A DNA stretch of 64,000 nucleotides from Candidatus Thorarchaeota archaeon SMTZ1-45 (lineage in GTDB: Archaea; Asgardarchaeota; Thorarchaeia; Thorarchaeales; Thorarchaeaceae): NCBI GenBank assembly GCA_001563335.1, contig LRSL01000069.1, positions 96,001 to 160,000 of the forward strand, read 5' to 3'. Shown here in pieces: positions 29,623 to 39,749 of this stretch. Position 1 is the first letter of the stretch; every line of letters starts with the position of its first letter. The notes under the pieces were generated by a model. It did no database searches. It saw only the letters and a list, made by a program, of their open reading frames with translations, and was not told where the DNA came from. Both the position numbers and the translations under genes were made by a program.

Positions 29623-30453
29623 TTACGCTTCGGATGAGGTAGTTATATCAAATACATAGTGCCCTATTCTAGGTGAATAGTCCTTGACATAATGTGCGTT
29701 AATAGAAGAAGAATATCCATGTATTCTACACATTTGTTCAATCTTCATCATGATATCCTTAACCTCAGACTCAGGCATACTCATATGCATATGAATAAAG
29801 CCTCCATCTTCCACTAAAGTTTCAAGAGCAAATGGAAGATACTCTATAGTATTATGTAGATATCCCATCACTATTCGATTGGCTGTTCCTTTTGGATGCA
29901 CTTTGCGACAATCACCTAGTACTGCAACTACTCTATTACCTAACCCATTCAGCTTTATATTCTCAAGCAAAAACTGGAATGCATTTTCGTTAATCTCTAT
30001 TGCAATTACTTCGACGTCAGCTGACTTGGCAATATGAAGAGCAAATTGTCCAACACAAGAAAACATATCCACAATTTTTTCTTCGTTTTTAACAAGTTTC
30101 GATAATCGCATACGCTCCCTTCTATTACCTCCAGAGAATGTAATATGAAGTGGGTCTAATCGAAATTTTATTCCATCTTCAATATGTGTAGTAATTGTAT
30201 TACTATCTCCAGCAATTAATTCATATGATGGTATTCTCTTGATGCTTTTTGTGGGTCCGATTTTCGTGGCAACCGACAATATTCGTTGATCATATTCGAG
30301 TGTCTTTTCACCAATAAATGAAGCATACTTCATTAGACTAGAATCCAAATTCAGTAGGGCAACATTTCCTACGAGATGATAACCTGAAGGTAAAACAATA
30401 CTCCTTGGAATTATCCCACTTAATTTGTTTCTGAGGAAATCTCTGTACCTCAT
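29623..30453 (-). CDS. Trm5/Taw2-family tRNA-modifying SAM-dependent transferase
   Basis: VDMFSCVGQF, AIEIN, NRIVMGY, VKDYSP. Confidence 0.85.
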   Translation of the reverse strand: MRYRDFLRNKLSGIIPRSIVLPSGYHLVGNVALLNLDSSLMKYASFIGEKTLEYDQRILSVATKIGPTKSIKRIPSYELIAGDSNTITTHIEDGIKFRLDPLHITFSGGNRRERMRLSKLVKNEEKIVDMFSCVGQFALHIAKSADVEVIAIEINENAFQFLLENIKLNGLGNRVVAVLGDCRKVHPKGTANRIVMGYLHNTIEYLPFALETLVEDGGFIHMHMSMPESEVKDIMMKIEQMCRIHGYSSSINAHYVKDYSPRIGHYVFDITTSSEA

Positions 30454-30479
30454 TGTTGTTCACAAATCACTAGACTTGC

Positions 30480-31682
30480 TTAGCAATACATACTACCAGG
30501 AGCACGATCGCCTGTTCCTCGTTCTTGAACCTTCGAGATAGCTTTTCGAAAATCATCTTGAATGACGCAAGTTCTATTGTCCCGAATCGCGAACATACCT
30601 GCCTCTGTGCATATTGTTTTGATATCTGCACCAGTTCTACCCTGAGTTGCAGACAGCAATAGATTGAAATCAACAGCAGTGTGTATCTTCATTCCACGGA
30701 TGTGAATCTTGAAAATCTCTTTTCTACTCACGTCATCAGGCAATGGGAACTCAATAATTCTGTCAAAACGACCTGGTCTTAGAAGTGCTGGATCTAATAT
30801 ATCAGGGCGATTTGTTGCACCTAAAACAGCCACTTGACCGCGACTCTCAAAACCATCAAGTTCACTCAATAGCTGCATTAATGTACGTTGTACTTCTCTA
30901 TCTCCTGAAGTGGCAATATCAAGTCTATGAGAACCAACAGCATCAAGTTCATCTACGAAAATAATTGCTGGTGCTTTTTCCTTAGCAAGCATGAATATTT
31001 CTCTAACGAGTCGAGCTCCTTCACCTATAAACTTCTGAACAAGCTCGGAGCCAATAACCCGGATAAAAGTCGCATTCGTTTCATGAGCTACAGCTCGAGC
31101 ACATAGAGTCTTACCTGTTCCTGGTTTACCTGTGAGTAGTACGCCTTTTGGAGGTTCTATACCAACCTCTTCAAATAATTCAGGTCTTAGAAGGGGAAGT
31201 TCTACAGTTTCTCGAATTTCTCTAAGCTGGTCTTGAAGTCCTCCAATATCCTGATATGATACATTAGGTGCTTCCTCGATTTCCATAGCTCGTATTATGG
31301 GGTCACGAGATGGTGGAAGTTCTTGAGTAATCGCAAATGATCTTTGATTAAGTGCTACTAGAGCTCCAGGTTGCAGTTTGTCTTTTGGAATTGACGAGGC
31401 AACATGAACTACAAAATTCGGTCCAGTGGAACTCTTGACAATTGCTCTACCATCCTCCAGCATCTCAGTTATTGTAGCAGTAATTAGAGGTGATTGTCTC
31501 AATTTCTCTAGTTCTGTCCTCAAAGTTTGAGTTTCTTTCTCAAGCCGACTACGTTCAGCTTGAAGTATTTGCTTTTCTGTTTCCAATGCTCTAAGTCTAC
31601 GTTCTAGATGTCTTGTATAGCTTTGCGAGTATGCCGACTCATCAACGTTGCCTTCGTCTTTTGTGTCTGTAGTCCCTGGCAT
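30480..31682 (-). CDS. pan: Proteasome-activating nucleotidase
   Basis: Coiled coil, [36 protein letters not shown]; start uncertain. Confidence 0.96.
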   Translation of the reverse strand: MPGTTDTKDEGNVDESAYSQSYTRHLERRLRALETEKQILQAERSRLEKETQTLRTELEKLRQSPLITATITEMLEDGRAIVKSSTGPNFVVHVASSIPKDKLQPGALVALNQRSFAITQELPPSRDPIIRAMEIEEAPNVSYQDIGGLQDQLREIRETVELPLLRPELFEEVGIEPPKGVLLTGKPGTGKTLCARAVAHETNATFIRVIGSELVQKFIGEGARLVREIFMLAKEKAPAIIFVDELDAVGSHRLDIATSGDREVQRTLMQLLSELDGFESRGQVAVLGATNRPDILDPALLRPGRFDRIIEFPLPDDVSRKEIFKIHIRGMKIHTAVDFNLLLSATQGRTGADIKTICTEAGMFAIRDNRTCVIQDDFRKAISKVQERGTGDRAPGSMYC

Positions 31683-31855
31683 TGGATGGCACCTCAGGAG
31701 TTCATCCACTGTAGATGTTTTAAGCATTGCTTTGAGGGAGAAATGACATCATTACATATCAAGGTAAACAATATACAAATATCACTTACAAATTTGTTTA
31801 GTCGGCAATCTTTATCAACACACCCCGACTCATTATCACCTAGAGGGAATCTGCT

Positions 31856-32440
31856 TTGCCTAGTTGTGAATTATGTGGCAGAAACATGAAGGGTCGCGGC
31901 AGAAACGTAACAATTGAAGGAGCTTCAATGTTAGTTTGTCCTCAATGTGCCACTAAATTTGGTGGTCAGTCTATATCATCTGAATCTCGATCATCATTTG
32001 CTCCTCAAGTACGTCCATCTTGGATTGGAAGTTCTCAGAAAGCACCACCTATTCAAACTAGACGAGTTTCTAAACCCAAACCAAAACCCAAGGCTAGATC
32101 TGGTGTCCTGATTGATGACTTGGAGTTGATAGAGGACTATGCAAAAGTGATTCGTGTTGCTAGACAAAAGAAGAATCTATCCCAAGAAGAGCTTGCCCAG
32201 AAGATTGGAGAAAGGATTTCAACGTTACAATCAATTGAGTCTGGACGATTGAAACCAACAGGGAAAGCTATTCGAGGTCTTGAACGAGAACTTGAAATCT
32301 CTCTTCTAGAAGCTGTTGGTTCTGTCCCACTTAAGCCAACCACTGATAAACCGGGTTCTGGTCCTACCCTTGGTGATAGGGTAGTTGTGAAAAGGAAAAT
32401 GTCGCAAAAAGCGCGTCAGGATGATACCCAAGCGAAGTGA
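31856..32440 (+). CDS. mbf1: Archaeal multiprotein bridging factor aMBF1
   Basis: CELCG...VCPQC zinc ribbon, HTH ARQKKNLSQEELA, PTLGD. Confidence 0.92.
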   Translation: MPSCELCGRNMKGRGRNVTIEGASMLVCPQCATKFGGQSISSESRSSFAPQVRPSWIGSSQKAPPIQTRRVSKPKPKPKARSGVLIDDLELIEDYAKVIRVARQKKNLSQEELAQKIGERISTLQSIESGRLKPTGKAIRGLERELEISLLEAVGSVPLKPTTDKPGSGPTLGDRVVVKRKMSQKARQDDTQAK

Positions 32441-32552
32441 ATATATAGTATTTGGACGTATAATACTATAGGTGTAAATTTCCACTACGGATGTTTTCGC
32501 TGTTAATTGGGTCAGTCGACTAGCCATATTACACACTTGGGTGATTACGTCA

Positions 32553-33074
32553 ATGGTTCACACGAATTTCAATCACGACCTCTTCCGACTTGTTGTTGAG
32601 GAAATTGCTGGTAAGGAAGGGGTGGATGTATCGACTGTATTAGTTAATGCAGAAGAAACCACTGACGAAGAAATCGCAACTAAAACAGATCTCAAATTAA
32701 ACATTGTTAGAAGAATCCTCTACAAGCTTCATGATAATCATTTAGCATCATACCGAAGAATCAGAGATGCAAATACAGGTTGGTTTCTATATTACTGGCG
32801 CATCGACCCCAAAAAGGCACAAGCTCTTGTTAATAGAAAGAAACGAATGGTACTCAATCTTCTTGAACAGAGATTAGAACATGAAACAAACAATGACCTC
32901 TACGTATGCATTAATCGTGATTCATCCCCAGTACCATTTGAAGAGGCAATGAATCTCTCCTTCCGATGTCCCACATGTAATGGTCAGCTAGAGTTTGTAG
33001 ATAATGCAAGAGCAATCTCATTTCTGAGAAAACGTGTTGAAGAACTCAAAGCTGATTTAGAAGCATCCTCCTAA
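32553..33074 (+). CDS. tfe: Transcription factor E alpha
   Basis: TDEEIA...VRRILYKL, TGWFLYYW, FRCPTCNGQL. Confidence 0.95.
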   Translation: MVHTNFNHDLFRLVVEEIAGKEGVDVSTVLVNAEETTDEEIATKTDLKLNIVRRILYKLHDNHLASYRRIRDANTGWFLYYWRIDPKKAQALVNRKKRMVLNLLEQRLEHETNNDLYVCINRDSSPVPFEEAMNLSFRCPTCNGQLEFVDNARAISFLRKRVEELKADLEASS

Positions 33075-33151
33075 TGTTTTTACTTTTTATGAACTGATTT
33101 TTTACAAAAGGTACTTAGCAAAACTCAAGAAAATAAGCCCGAGGTTATTAT

Positions 33152-33922
33152 TTGAAAACTGTTGTTCTGCTTCCAAAGGCGTATGGAGTAAATAGAGGCC
33201 GATTACTTGAAATTATTAGATCAGAAGTATCAGAAATGGTGGTAGAACTTGATGCAGAAATCATAAGTCTGGGTACTGACAAAAGGAATCACATTATCAT
33301 AAACATAAATGGTGAAGATGAGGAATTTGTAGTCAATGTCCTCGCTAAGGAGTATGGTAAATCACTTCAATCAGACAATCTAATTCCAAACAAGACATAT
33401 CTTGGTCAGCTCATAGATGTTGGAAAAGTAGGTTATGGACTATATTCGGATATTGGGGTAACTGATTCAAAACGATTGGATGTACTAATTCCACTTCACA
33501 GGCTACGTGAACAATTTGATTTACAAGGTCCCTTGAAGATGATCGTAGATGCATTTGTTCTTGTAGAACATCTTCCTGTTACGGTGAACCTTACAAGTAT
33601 TGATTTGTATAACAATCGAATTGAAGGAGAACTCAATCAATCGACACTGACACGTATTACAGAGTGGATGCAAGACGATCATGAACGACTTCTAGTGTTT
33701 GGCGCCAATTTATATCAAATAGAAATCTCATTGAAAAAAGCGAACCATAGAGAAGACATCTATGAGATAGAGCAGCTAGGCAAGTTTGAGTTTTCACTTA
33801 GATGCAAAAGAAGTACACGCGCCTCTGGGATTCTTGCATCAATTGGCCCTAGACTAAGAGGTGTTCCAATACACCTCTTCATACCAAAAGAACTTGAGGC
33901 AAAGAAACATGCCAAGACTTGA
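33152..33922 (+). CDS. DUF2110-family protein
   Basis: DVGKVGYGLYSDIG; usual archaeal position after tfe. Confidence 0.75.
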   Translation: MKTVVLLPKAYGVNRGRLLEIIRSEVSEMVVELDAEIISLGTDKRNHIIININGEDEEFVVNVLAKEYGKSLQSDNLIPNKTYLGQLIDVGKVGYGLYSDIGVTDSKRLDVLIPLHRLREQFDLQGPLKMIVDAFVLVEHLPVTVNLTSIDLYNNRIEGELNQSTLTRITEWMQDDHERLLVFGANLYQIEISLKKANHREDIYEIEQLGKFEFSLRCKRSTRASGILASIGPRLRGVPIHLFIPKELEAKKHAKT

Positions 33923-34586
33923 TGTATGGCTTGTAGAAACAGGCCGATTCTCTTCTCGTCAAGCGGCAAAAAGAGCAATCAAAGATGGTTTAGTCACAGT
34001 AAATGGATTAGGATGTAAGCCATCAACTCAAGTTTCTGAGAAAGACAAAATCGAATTACATAGTACTGAAGCTGATGTCCCACAAGGTTTTCAAAAATTA
34101 AAAGAACTTGATAAATACCTACAAGGCAAACTTGTCTGTAGTGATTGCAAAGCTCTGGACATTGGTAGTTCTGCAGGTGGTTTTCTAATCTATTTAGCTG
34201 AAAAAGGAGCAAAAGTGGTAGGTATTGAGGTTTCTGAGAGATTTGTAAAAGAGCTGTATGCTATTGTTGAAAAATATCAAAACATATCGGTACTTTTTAC
34301 TGATGCTTTTGATATGGATCCAAATATTATCGCTAGCGATGACCAGCTTGATCTACTTCTTGTTGATGTTACAACAGAACCTGAGGGCACATTGATACTA
34401 ATCAAGAAATTTACATCTCTACTAAAAAGAAAGGGTCGTCTGCTTGCAGCATTCAAATCAAATCACAAATCTGACATATTATCATATCTAAAAGATGGTA
34501 TTGCCCAGCTTGGATATATACAGATTCAAGAGATAATTCTAGACAAATCGCGTCAAGAAGTTCACATCACTGCAATTCGCATGTAA
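33909..34586 (+). CDS. TlyA/FtsJ-like RNA methyltransferase with S4 domain
   Basis: RLDVWLV...SRQAAKRAIKDGLVTVNG S4 domain; LDIGSSAGGF SAM motif. Confidence 0.85.
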   Translation: MPRLDVWLVETGRFSSRQAAKRAIKDGLVTVNGLGCKPSTQVSEKDKIELHSTEADVPQGFQKLKELDKYLQGKLVCSDCKALDIGSSAGGFLIYLAEKGAKVVGIEVSERFVKELYAIVEKYQNISVLFTDAFDMDPNIIASDDQLDLLLVDVTTEPEGTLILIKKFTSLLKRKGRLLAAFKSNHKSDILSYLKDGIAQLGYIQIQEIILDKSRQEVHITAIRM

Positions 34587-34623
34587 GCAACTTTTTATTT
34601 GATTAACAAACCCAACTTTCTCA

Positions 34624-34733
34624 GGGGCGGTAGTCTAGCCCGGCTATGATGTCTCGCTTACACCGAGAAACCATTGAAGCTCTTTGCTCTTTGGACTCGA
34701 GGGTCGCTGGTTCAAATCCGGCCCGCCCCACCA
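34624..34733 (+). tRNA. tRNA-Val(TAC) with 32-nt intron at 44/45 (34670..34701)
   Basis: GGGGCGG/CCGCCCC-A-CCA; TCTCG-CT-TAC-AC-CGAGA; BHB helix CGAG/CTCG. Confidence 0.92.
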
Positions 34734-34850
34734 TTTCTTATAGCTTGTCAATTCCGCACCAAAGAGTTGAAGAGTATGTATGCCGCAAAGAAGCAATGCG
34801 GTAAGCTCCTACATTTAGAGAATAGCTTGTCGCTTGTCTGACTGAGTCTT

Positions 34851-34953
34851 GCGGGAGTAGCCAAGCCCGGTCAAAGGCGGCGGACTTAAGATCGCATGAA
34901 ATCAAGGGGTCATGTGAATAAGCTATCCGCTCTCGTAGGAGTTCGTGGGTTCG
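34851..34953 (+). pseudogene. 5' part of a tRNA-Leu(TAA) gene, interrupted in the T-loop
   Basis: Near-identical (5 differences) to the first 103 nt of the tRNA at 38844, including the intron; stops at GTGGGTTCG. Confidence 0.85.
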
Positions 34954-35127
34954 GTGAATAAGTATCTGCCTTACAGGTGGCCTTTTGGTGCATATCTTAT
35001 TTCGAAATTGGGTCTATAATTCATCATCGCTAAAGCAGAGCTTTCGAATGGTTGGATGTCTTTTCCTCGATAGATTTGTCCTGCTGCCAGCCAGTTAAAA
35101 AAAACATTATTGAAGTGGATAAGAGGA

Positions 35128-35445
35128 CTATGCAGCTATCTCTCTAATCTTCTTATCCACTTCTTGTTCAAGCTCTATAATTATCTGAGCAACTCTTTTT
35201 CCAAAATGGTTCAATTCATAGTAGGAATATGATCCCTCTTCAGTTCTTTCGAATACATTTACTAACAATCCAATCGTGTCAAAGAATTTCAAATCTCTAA
35301 CGAGTGTAGTACTACTTTTGATATTACTTTTCTTTTTCAGTTTATTAAATGGTATTCTATTCTCGTAAAGATCCATCAGTATTTTACGTTGTCTTTTGTT
35401 CTCTAAGAGATGCAGTATTACTTCTTTTGTATCCCAATCTGCCAT
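35128..35445 (-). CDS. Winged-helix (ArsR/HxlR-like) transcriptional regulator
   Basis: RRKILMDL...FNKLKK...STTLVRDLKFF...YYELNHFGKRV pattern. Confidence 0.75.
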   Translation of the reverse strand: MADWDTKEVILHLLENKRQRKILMDLYENRIPFNKLKKKSNIKSSTTLVRDLKFFDTIGLLVNVFERTEEGSYSYYELNHFGKRVAQIIIELEQEVDKKIREIAA

Positions 35446-35624
35446 TGATTTCTTTCTCCTCTCTGGTTCCTCTTACACGCAAGTGTCATACTTTTTATGT
35501 TATAGAGACACTTAAAGGTTACTAGGATGGCAATTAGTAACTATTAAAAGACTTAGTATCATATATGTAACTTGATAATTCCTGTTGAGATAATAGTAAT
35601 TAAAATGCCGGGAGGACATAAATA

Positions 35625-36236
35625 GTGGAAGAACGGCGACTCAAACCACTCAAAGTTCGTGGTAGAGTTGAAATGCCGAAAGACGCATGGAACACAAGGG
35701 CAACTACATTTGAGAAGAATGTAGAAAAACACATAGGTAATGTAAAAGTCCTTCTCCTTGGTCCGGGTTATCCTGAAGGTCAGTTAGAAATCCGGACTCA
35801 AATTGCAGATAGACTTGAGAAAGATGGTTGCGATATCTATATCATGGAAACGATGAGCCCAATTAGCTCCTTTAATATCGATGAGAAATTCCGTGACATT
35901 TTGAATGAAATACGCCCAGAACTGATTATTTGTGTCTTCACTAAAGAAGGAGCACCTCATGGTGTGATTTATGAGGTTGGTTTTATCTGTGGGCATTATG
36001 GGATTGATCAAGCATTGAGCTGTCTTCGTTTCTGTTTTCACAATGAACTAGAGAAAATTAAGAACATTCCTGCTTATCTTTACTTTTTACTATCAAGAAC
36101 ACAATACTGGGAATTCTATGATGAAGGAAAAGGTCCTACTCTCTATACACGTATTATACAGTTAATCAGAGATGAAGTTGTTCGACAATATTGCCCCACT
36201 GATTTATCTGATAAAACCAAAACTCCTCGTGAATGA
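35625..36236 (+). CDS. Hypothetical protein, nucleoside-deoxyribosyltransferase/TIR-like fold
   Basis: KVLLLGPG...IRTQIADRL...LIICVF...HGVIYEVGF; GGAGG SD. Confidence 0.55.
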   Translation: MEERRLKPLKVRGRVEMPKDAWNTRATTFEKNVEKHIGNVKVLLLGPGYPEGQLEIRTQIADRLEKDGCDIYIMETMSPISSFNIDEKFRDILNEIRPELIICVFTKEGAPHGVIYEVGFICGHYGIDQALSCLRFCFHNELEKIKNIPAYLYFLLSRTQYWEFYDEGKGPTLYTRIIQLIRDEVVRQYCPTDLSDKTKTPRE

Positions 36237-36352
36237 TCACAAAAAGACTCAGGAGTATTTTCTATATCAGTCCAGTACATCTTACTTTTTATCATAACAT
36301 ATTAGTTAAATACAATACCGAAGAGTTGAAGAGTGATTTTGGAGATGTTTTA

Positions 36353-37786
36353 CTAATCTTCGTACTCTACGATTGGTACGTTTCTAGTTACCCATTTTGT
36401 AAGTTTTTTCATGAACAACTCTGTATTCAGAATTGAGTAATGGCTTAAATCACCCTCTGACAAACTTACATCAACTGTTTCAATTATTGTGTCAGGTGCT
36501 TCTTTACCAGTGGTTTCTATAGTAAACCTAGCTAGAGGTTCAATATGTATACCCTCCACAAGGAAAACTCCAAAGATGAATACAGTCTTTGTCGACTTGA
36601 TAACACGGAGTTCACACAATGGACTTGACCTAGAATACTCACGAAGTCTGAGTCCTGACAAAATTATATCTTTAAGCTCTATATAGTTTGCAATTCGTTC
36701 TCTATGAATCTTCGAGGTGATTATTTCTGAAATTCGTTCATATTCACTTTTTGCCCCGCGGCCATGGGTAAGTTTAATGATATATTCTTCACCACTGAAG
36801 AAAAGTCCTGAAACTGTGGACTGTGCCTTCCATCTGAGATGTGTTTCATCATCCCAAGAAATATCAACCATCCATTTTTGTCCTGCAACATTCAGATAGG
36901 TTCCAGGTTCGAGTCGCTTCAAGTTCAATCCCTTGCCACGAAGCAACATACGAATGTACCTCTCCTCATGGAACACAATGCTTTCATCCTTCTCCGAAAC
37001 TGCTGGTAATAGCACTTCTAACTGGTATAACCTCCCAGCATACAGTTTTTCGGGTGCAAGCAGCCCGTTAATCTCTTCTCCCGTCATTGTTCTTCCAAGT
37101 TGTCGTCTTACTTGTTTTGGACAGTCTAATGGTAAGGTGATTCTCCAACATGCTCCATGATCAACAGCATTATCAATAGCTATTGGGCATCTGGACTTGT
37201 CGTGTTCAATGCCTACAGAAATTGATTTAGCCTCTTCAAAGAATTGAGCTATTCGTTTTGGTAGTTCTTCTGGGGTTGACCTTGCAGCCTTATATGAAAC
37301 ATATGGTTTCAAGAAGTCCAAATCTCCAAACTGGATGTCTTCAAAGACACTCCAAGTCACATAAGTGCCAGAGTCTGTGAACATAGGTCCACTTTGTATC
37401 ATAGGCCATCGAAGAAGTGATATGAGATCCGTGGTGTTCTCAAGAGTAACTATTTGAAGCACTTCTTCTCTTTCATCAATGAATTTGACTTGACATTCCC
37501 CTTTTGCCATCTCTAAGTATATAGTGACTGGAGAAGGTCTGGACACGGATTCGATATACCTTCTTAAGGCATCCACCACCCGTTTGGAAAAGGTTTCTGT
37601 AAGTCGATTCGCTGACATGGGTCGAGTTCGATAGATCTCAGGGAAAGTCTGACGGACTGCCCGAAGATGGCTAACAAATGAACGCCCTTCGCCAATCAAC
37701 TCCAAGAGTCCTGAGTCCACTGCTTGATCATCACCCGGTCTTGAACTCCAGACCTCCACACCCGATTCAGTCTTTGAACCTGTCAT
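36353..37786 (-). CDS. Hypothetical protein, probably the C-terminal fragment of a larger gene
   Basis: 477-aa ORF starting directly at the junction with the truncated tnpB; no recognised motif. Confidence 0.55.
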   Translation of the reverse strand: MTGSKTESGVEVWSSRPGDDQAVDSGLLELIGEGRSFVSHLRAVRQTFPEIYRTRPMSANRLTETFSKRVVDALRRYIESVSRPSPVTIYLEMAKGECQVKFIDEREEVLQIVTLENTTDLISLLRWPMIQSGPMFTDSGTYVTWSVFEDIQFGDLDFLKPYVSYKAARSTPEELPKRIAQFFEEAKSISVGIEHDKSRCPIAIDNAVDHGACWRITLPLDCPKQVRRQLGRTMTGEEINGLLAPEKLYAGRLYQLEVLLPAVSEKDESIVFHEERYIRMLLRGKGLNLKRLEPGTYLNVAGQKWMVDISWDDETHLRWKAQSTVSGLFFSGEEYIIKLTHGRGAKSEYERISEIITSKIHRERIANYIELKDIILSGLRLREYSRSSPLCELRVIKSTKTVFIFGVFLVEGIHIEPLARFTIETTGKEAPDTIIETVDVSLSEGDLSHYSILNTELFMKKLTKWVTRNVPIVEYED

Positions 37787-37801
37787 GAGGATTTGAGGTA
37801 G

Positions 37802-38683
37802 TCTGATAATATCATCAAGACTCTGGTTTGTAAGTATCTCTTGACTGGTTTCAGCCCAGAGAAAACCATCTCTGCTCCGCCAATCATTAGCATTGTAGGA
37901 AAAAAGGCAACACTATTCCTCCCTTTCATGTCTCCCAATGAACAGCTATTGAAAACCTCGCTTTCATCACTACCCACCCGGAAAAAACAGGCTGGAGTTG
38001 ATAGAGGACTTAGATATGCTATGGTCGTGTCGATACAAAATGAAGATGATTCCTATCAAGAGGTTATGATTGGAAGACAAGAACTCTTTGAGAAAAGAGA
38101 AAGACTCAGACAACGTACTAGAGTATTGATGTCTCAGATTGCTCTTAAAAAGAGCAACTGGGAAAGAAAACATCCTAATCAGCAATTTCCAGCTATTGTT
38201 CTGAAGAAAGAACAGGAGCTGGAATCAGTATGGCAAAAAGTCCGTCGATTAGATAAGGAAATTTCTCATCAGATAGCATCTGAAACCGTGTGGTTCTGTG
38301 AGTATCAAGGCGTGAAGACTATCTACTTTGAGGATCTTCGTTCTTTCCAAGGAAGGGGTGGTATGAAAAGACATAGCTGGAACCTCTCTACTAACCTCTG
38401 GGGAATGATGATAGATGGTGTACGATACCGCCGAGAATCCATGGGACACAAGAATGGAGGAATCTGGCTGGTGAATCCAGCTTGGACTTCTCAAACATGT
38501 CATGTGTGTGGAACACACGGTAGGCGCGTGGACACTGAAGATTCCATTATCGAAGTGAAAGGGGGCGAGTATTTTCACTGTTTAAAATGTAATCAACATT
38601 ACCACGCTGATGTGAACGCAGCAAGGAACATAATGCAAATCAAACAATCAAAACCCAGTGTCGTTCCTGGGCGGACTTCTTGA
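37802..38683 (+). mobile_element. tnpB: TnpB-like RuvC nuclease (IS200/IS605/IS607-type), N-terminally truncated
   Basis: GVDRG (RuvC-I), IYFEDL (RuvC-II), TSQTCHVCG...CLKC zinc finger, ADVNAARNI (RuvC-III); in-frame stop at 37799 limits the frame to about 290 codons. Confidence 0.85.
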
Positions 38684-38714
38684 AACCTAGTTTGTCCAAC
38701 TAACAATGAACGAA

Positions 38715-38735
38715 TCGAAGCCCACCTCCCAACCA
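38715..38735 (+). pseudogene. 3' remnant of the interrupted tRNA-Leu
   Basis: TCGAAG-CCCAC-CTCCC-AACCA; CCCAC complements the GTGGG T-stem of the 34851 fragment. Confidence 0.6.
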
Positions 38736-38843
38736 AGAATCAACAATTGATTTGATGAAGTTTCGAAGTACCAAAGAATTCAAGAGTACTTCTTATATCA
38801 AAGCGCAAAGCCGACTAGTCATAGAGACCGGACAAATTTCCGT

Positions 38844-38962
38844 GCGGGAGTTGCCAAGCCCGGTCAAAGGCGGCGGACTTAAGATCGCATGAAATAAAGG
38901 GGTCATGTGAATAGGCTATCCGCTCTCGTAGGAGTCCGCGGGTTCGAATCCCGCCTCCCGCA
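38844..38962 (+). tRNA. tRNA-Leu(TAA) with canonical 37/38 intron (38884..38917)
   Basis: GCGGGAG/CTCCCGC-A; GCGGA-CT-TAA-G|intron|A-TCCGC; long variable arm; GCGGG-TTCGAAT-CCCGC. Confidence 0.93.
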
Positions 38963-39108
38963 CTCTATCAAATTGTATGATTGAAACTTTGTCTTGGCGC
39001 TTATCACGAATGATAAGACCATGTTCGATGAGAATGTGTTCTGCACCAACCATGTGTTTGAGTCCACATGCCAATTTCTAAAAGGACATCGAACTTGTCG
39101 TCCTCAGT

Positions 39109-39672
39109 ATGCCTATTCAAGCCTTACTCACATCTGCAGGACTAGTCCTACTGATGGAGTTAGGCGACAAGACAATGCTCACTACAATGTGTCTCAGCGC
39201 ACAATATAGAAGACCAGGGCTGGTGCTTCTTGCCACAATGACCGCATTGGCAACATCATCAATCATCGCGGTAATTCTGGGATATGTTCTCTCCACTACT
39301 CTTCCCCTTGAAATCATTACATATGTGTCTGGATTATTGTTTGTTGGTCTTGGTATCTATACACTCATTAAAGCCAACTCTGAGGTACCAGACACCTGTG
39401 ATAATCCTGGTACTTTGTTTGGAATGTTCTCACTAATCTTATTGTCTGAACTTGGTGACAAAAGTCAAATCACAATACTTGCTCTAGCTGCGCAATCTTC
39501 CTTTGCAATATTGGTATTCATAGGATCCATGATTGGCTTTCTGTTTGTAAACTCTCTTGCTGTTACAGCTGGAAACCATGTCGCTGAGCGCATTCCTCTT
39601 AAGATTGTGAGAAGAGCTGTTGGATTCATCTTCATATTATTTGGTTCTCTCGTAGTACTAGGCATTCTCTAA
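39109..39672 (+). CDS. TMEM165/GDT1 (UPF0016) Ca/Mn transporter
   Basis: Two ELGDK(T/S) motifs, six TM segments. Confidence 0.92.
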   Translation: MPIQALLTSAGLVLLMELGDKTMLTTMCLSAQYRRPGLVLLATMTALATSSIIAVILGYVLSTTLPLEIITYVSGLLFVGLGIYTLIKANSEVPDTCDNPGTLFGMFSLILLSELGDKSQITILALAAQSSFAILVFIGSMIGFLFVNSLAVTAGNHVAERIPLKIVRRAVGFIFILFGSLVVLGIL

Positions 39673-39749
39673 TCTTCACATTCTCTGATAACGAAGCCTT
39701 TTATGACTCATCTCACCTCATTGAGTTCGAACTTGAGGTGAGAACATAG

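Larger units (their letters stand above)
34954..38714. mobile_element. ~3.8-kb decayed island inserted in tRNA-Leu
   Basis: Bounded by tRNA 5' part and 3' remnant; carries wHTH gene, NDT/TIR-like gene, a gene fragment and truncated tnpB; no integrase seen. Confidence 0.65.
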
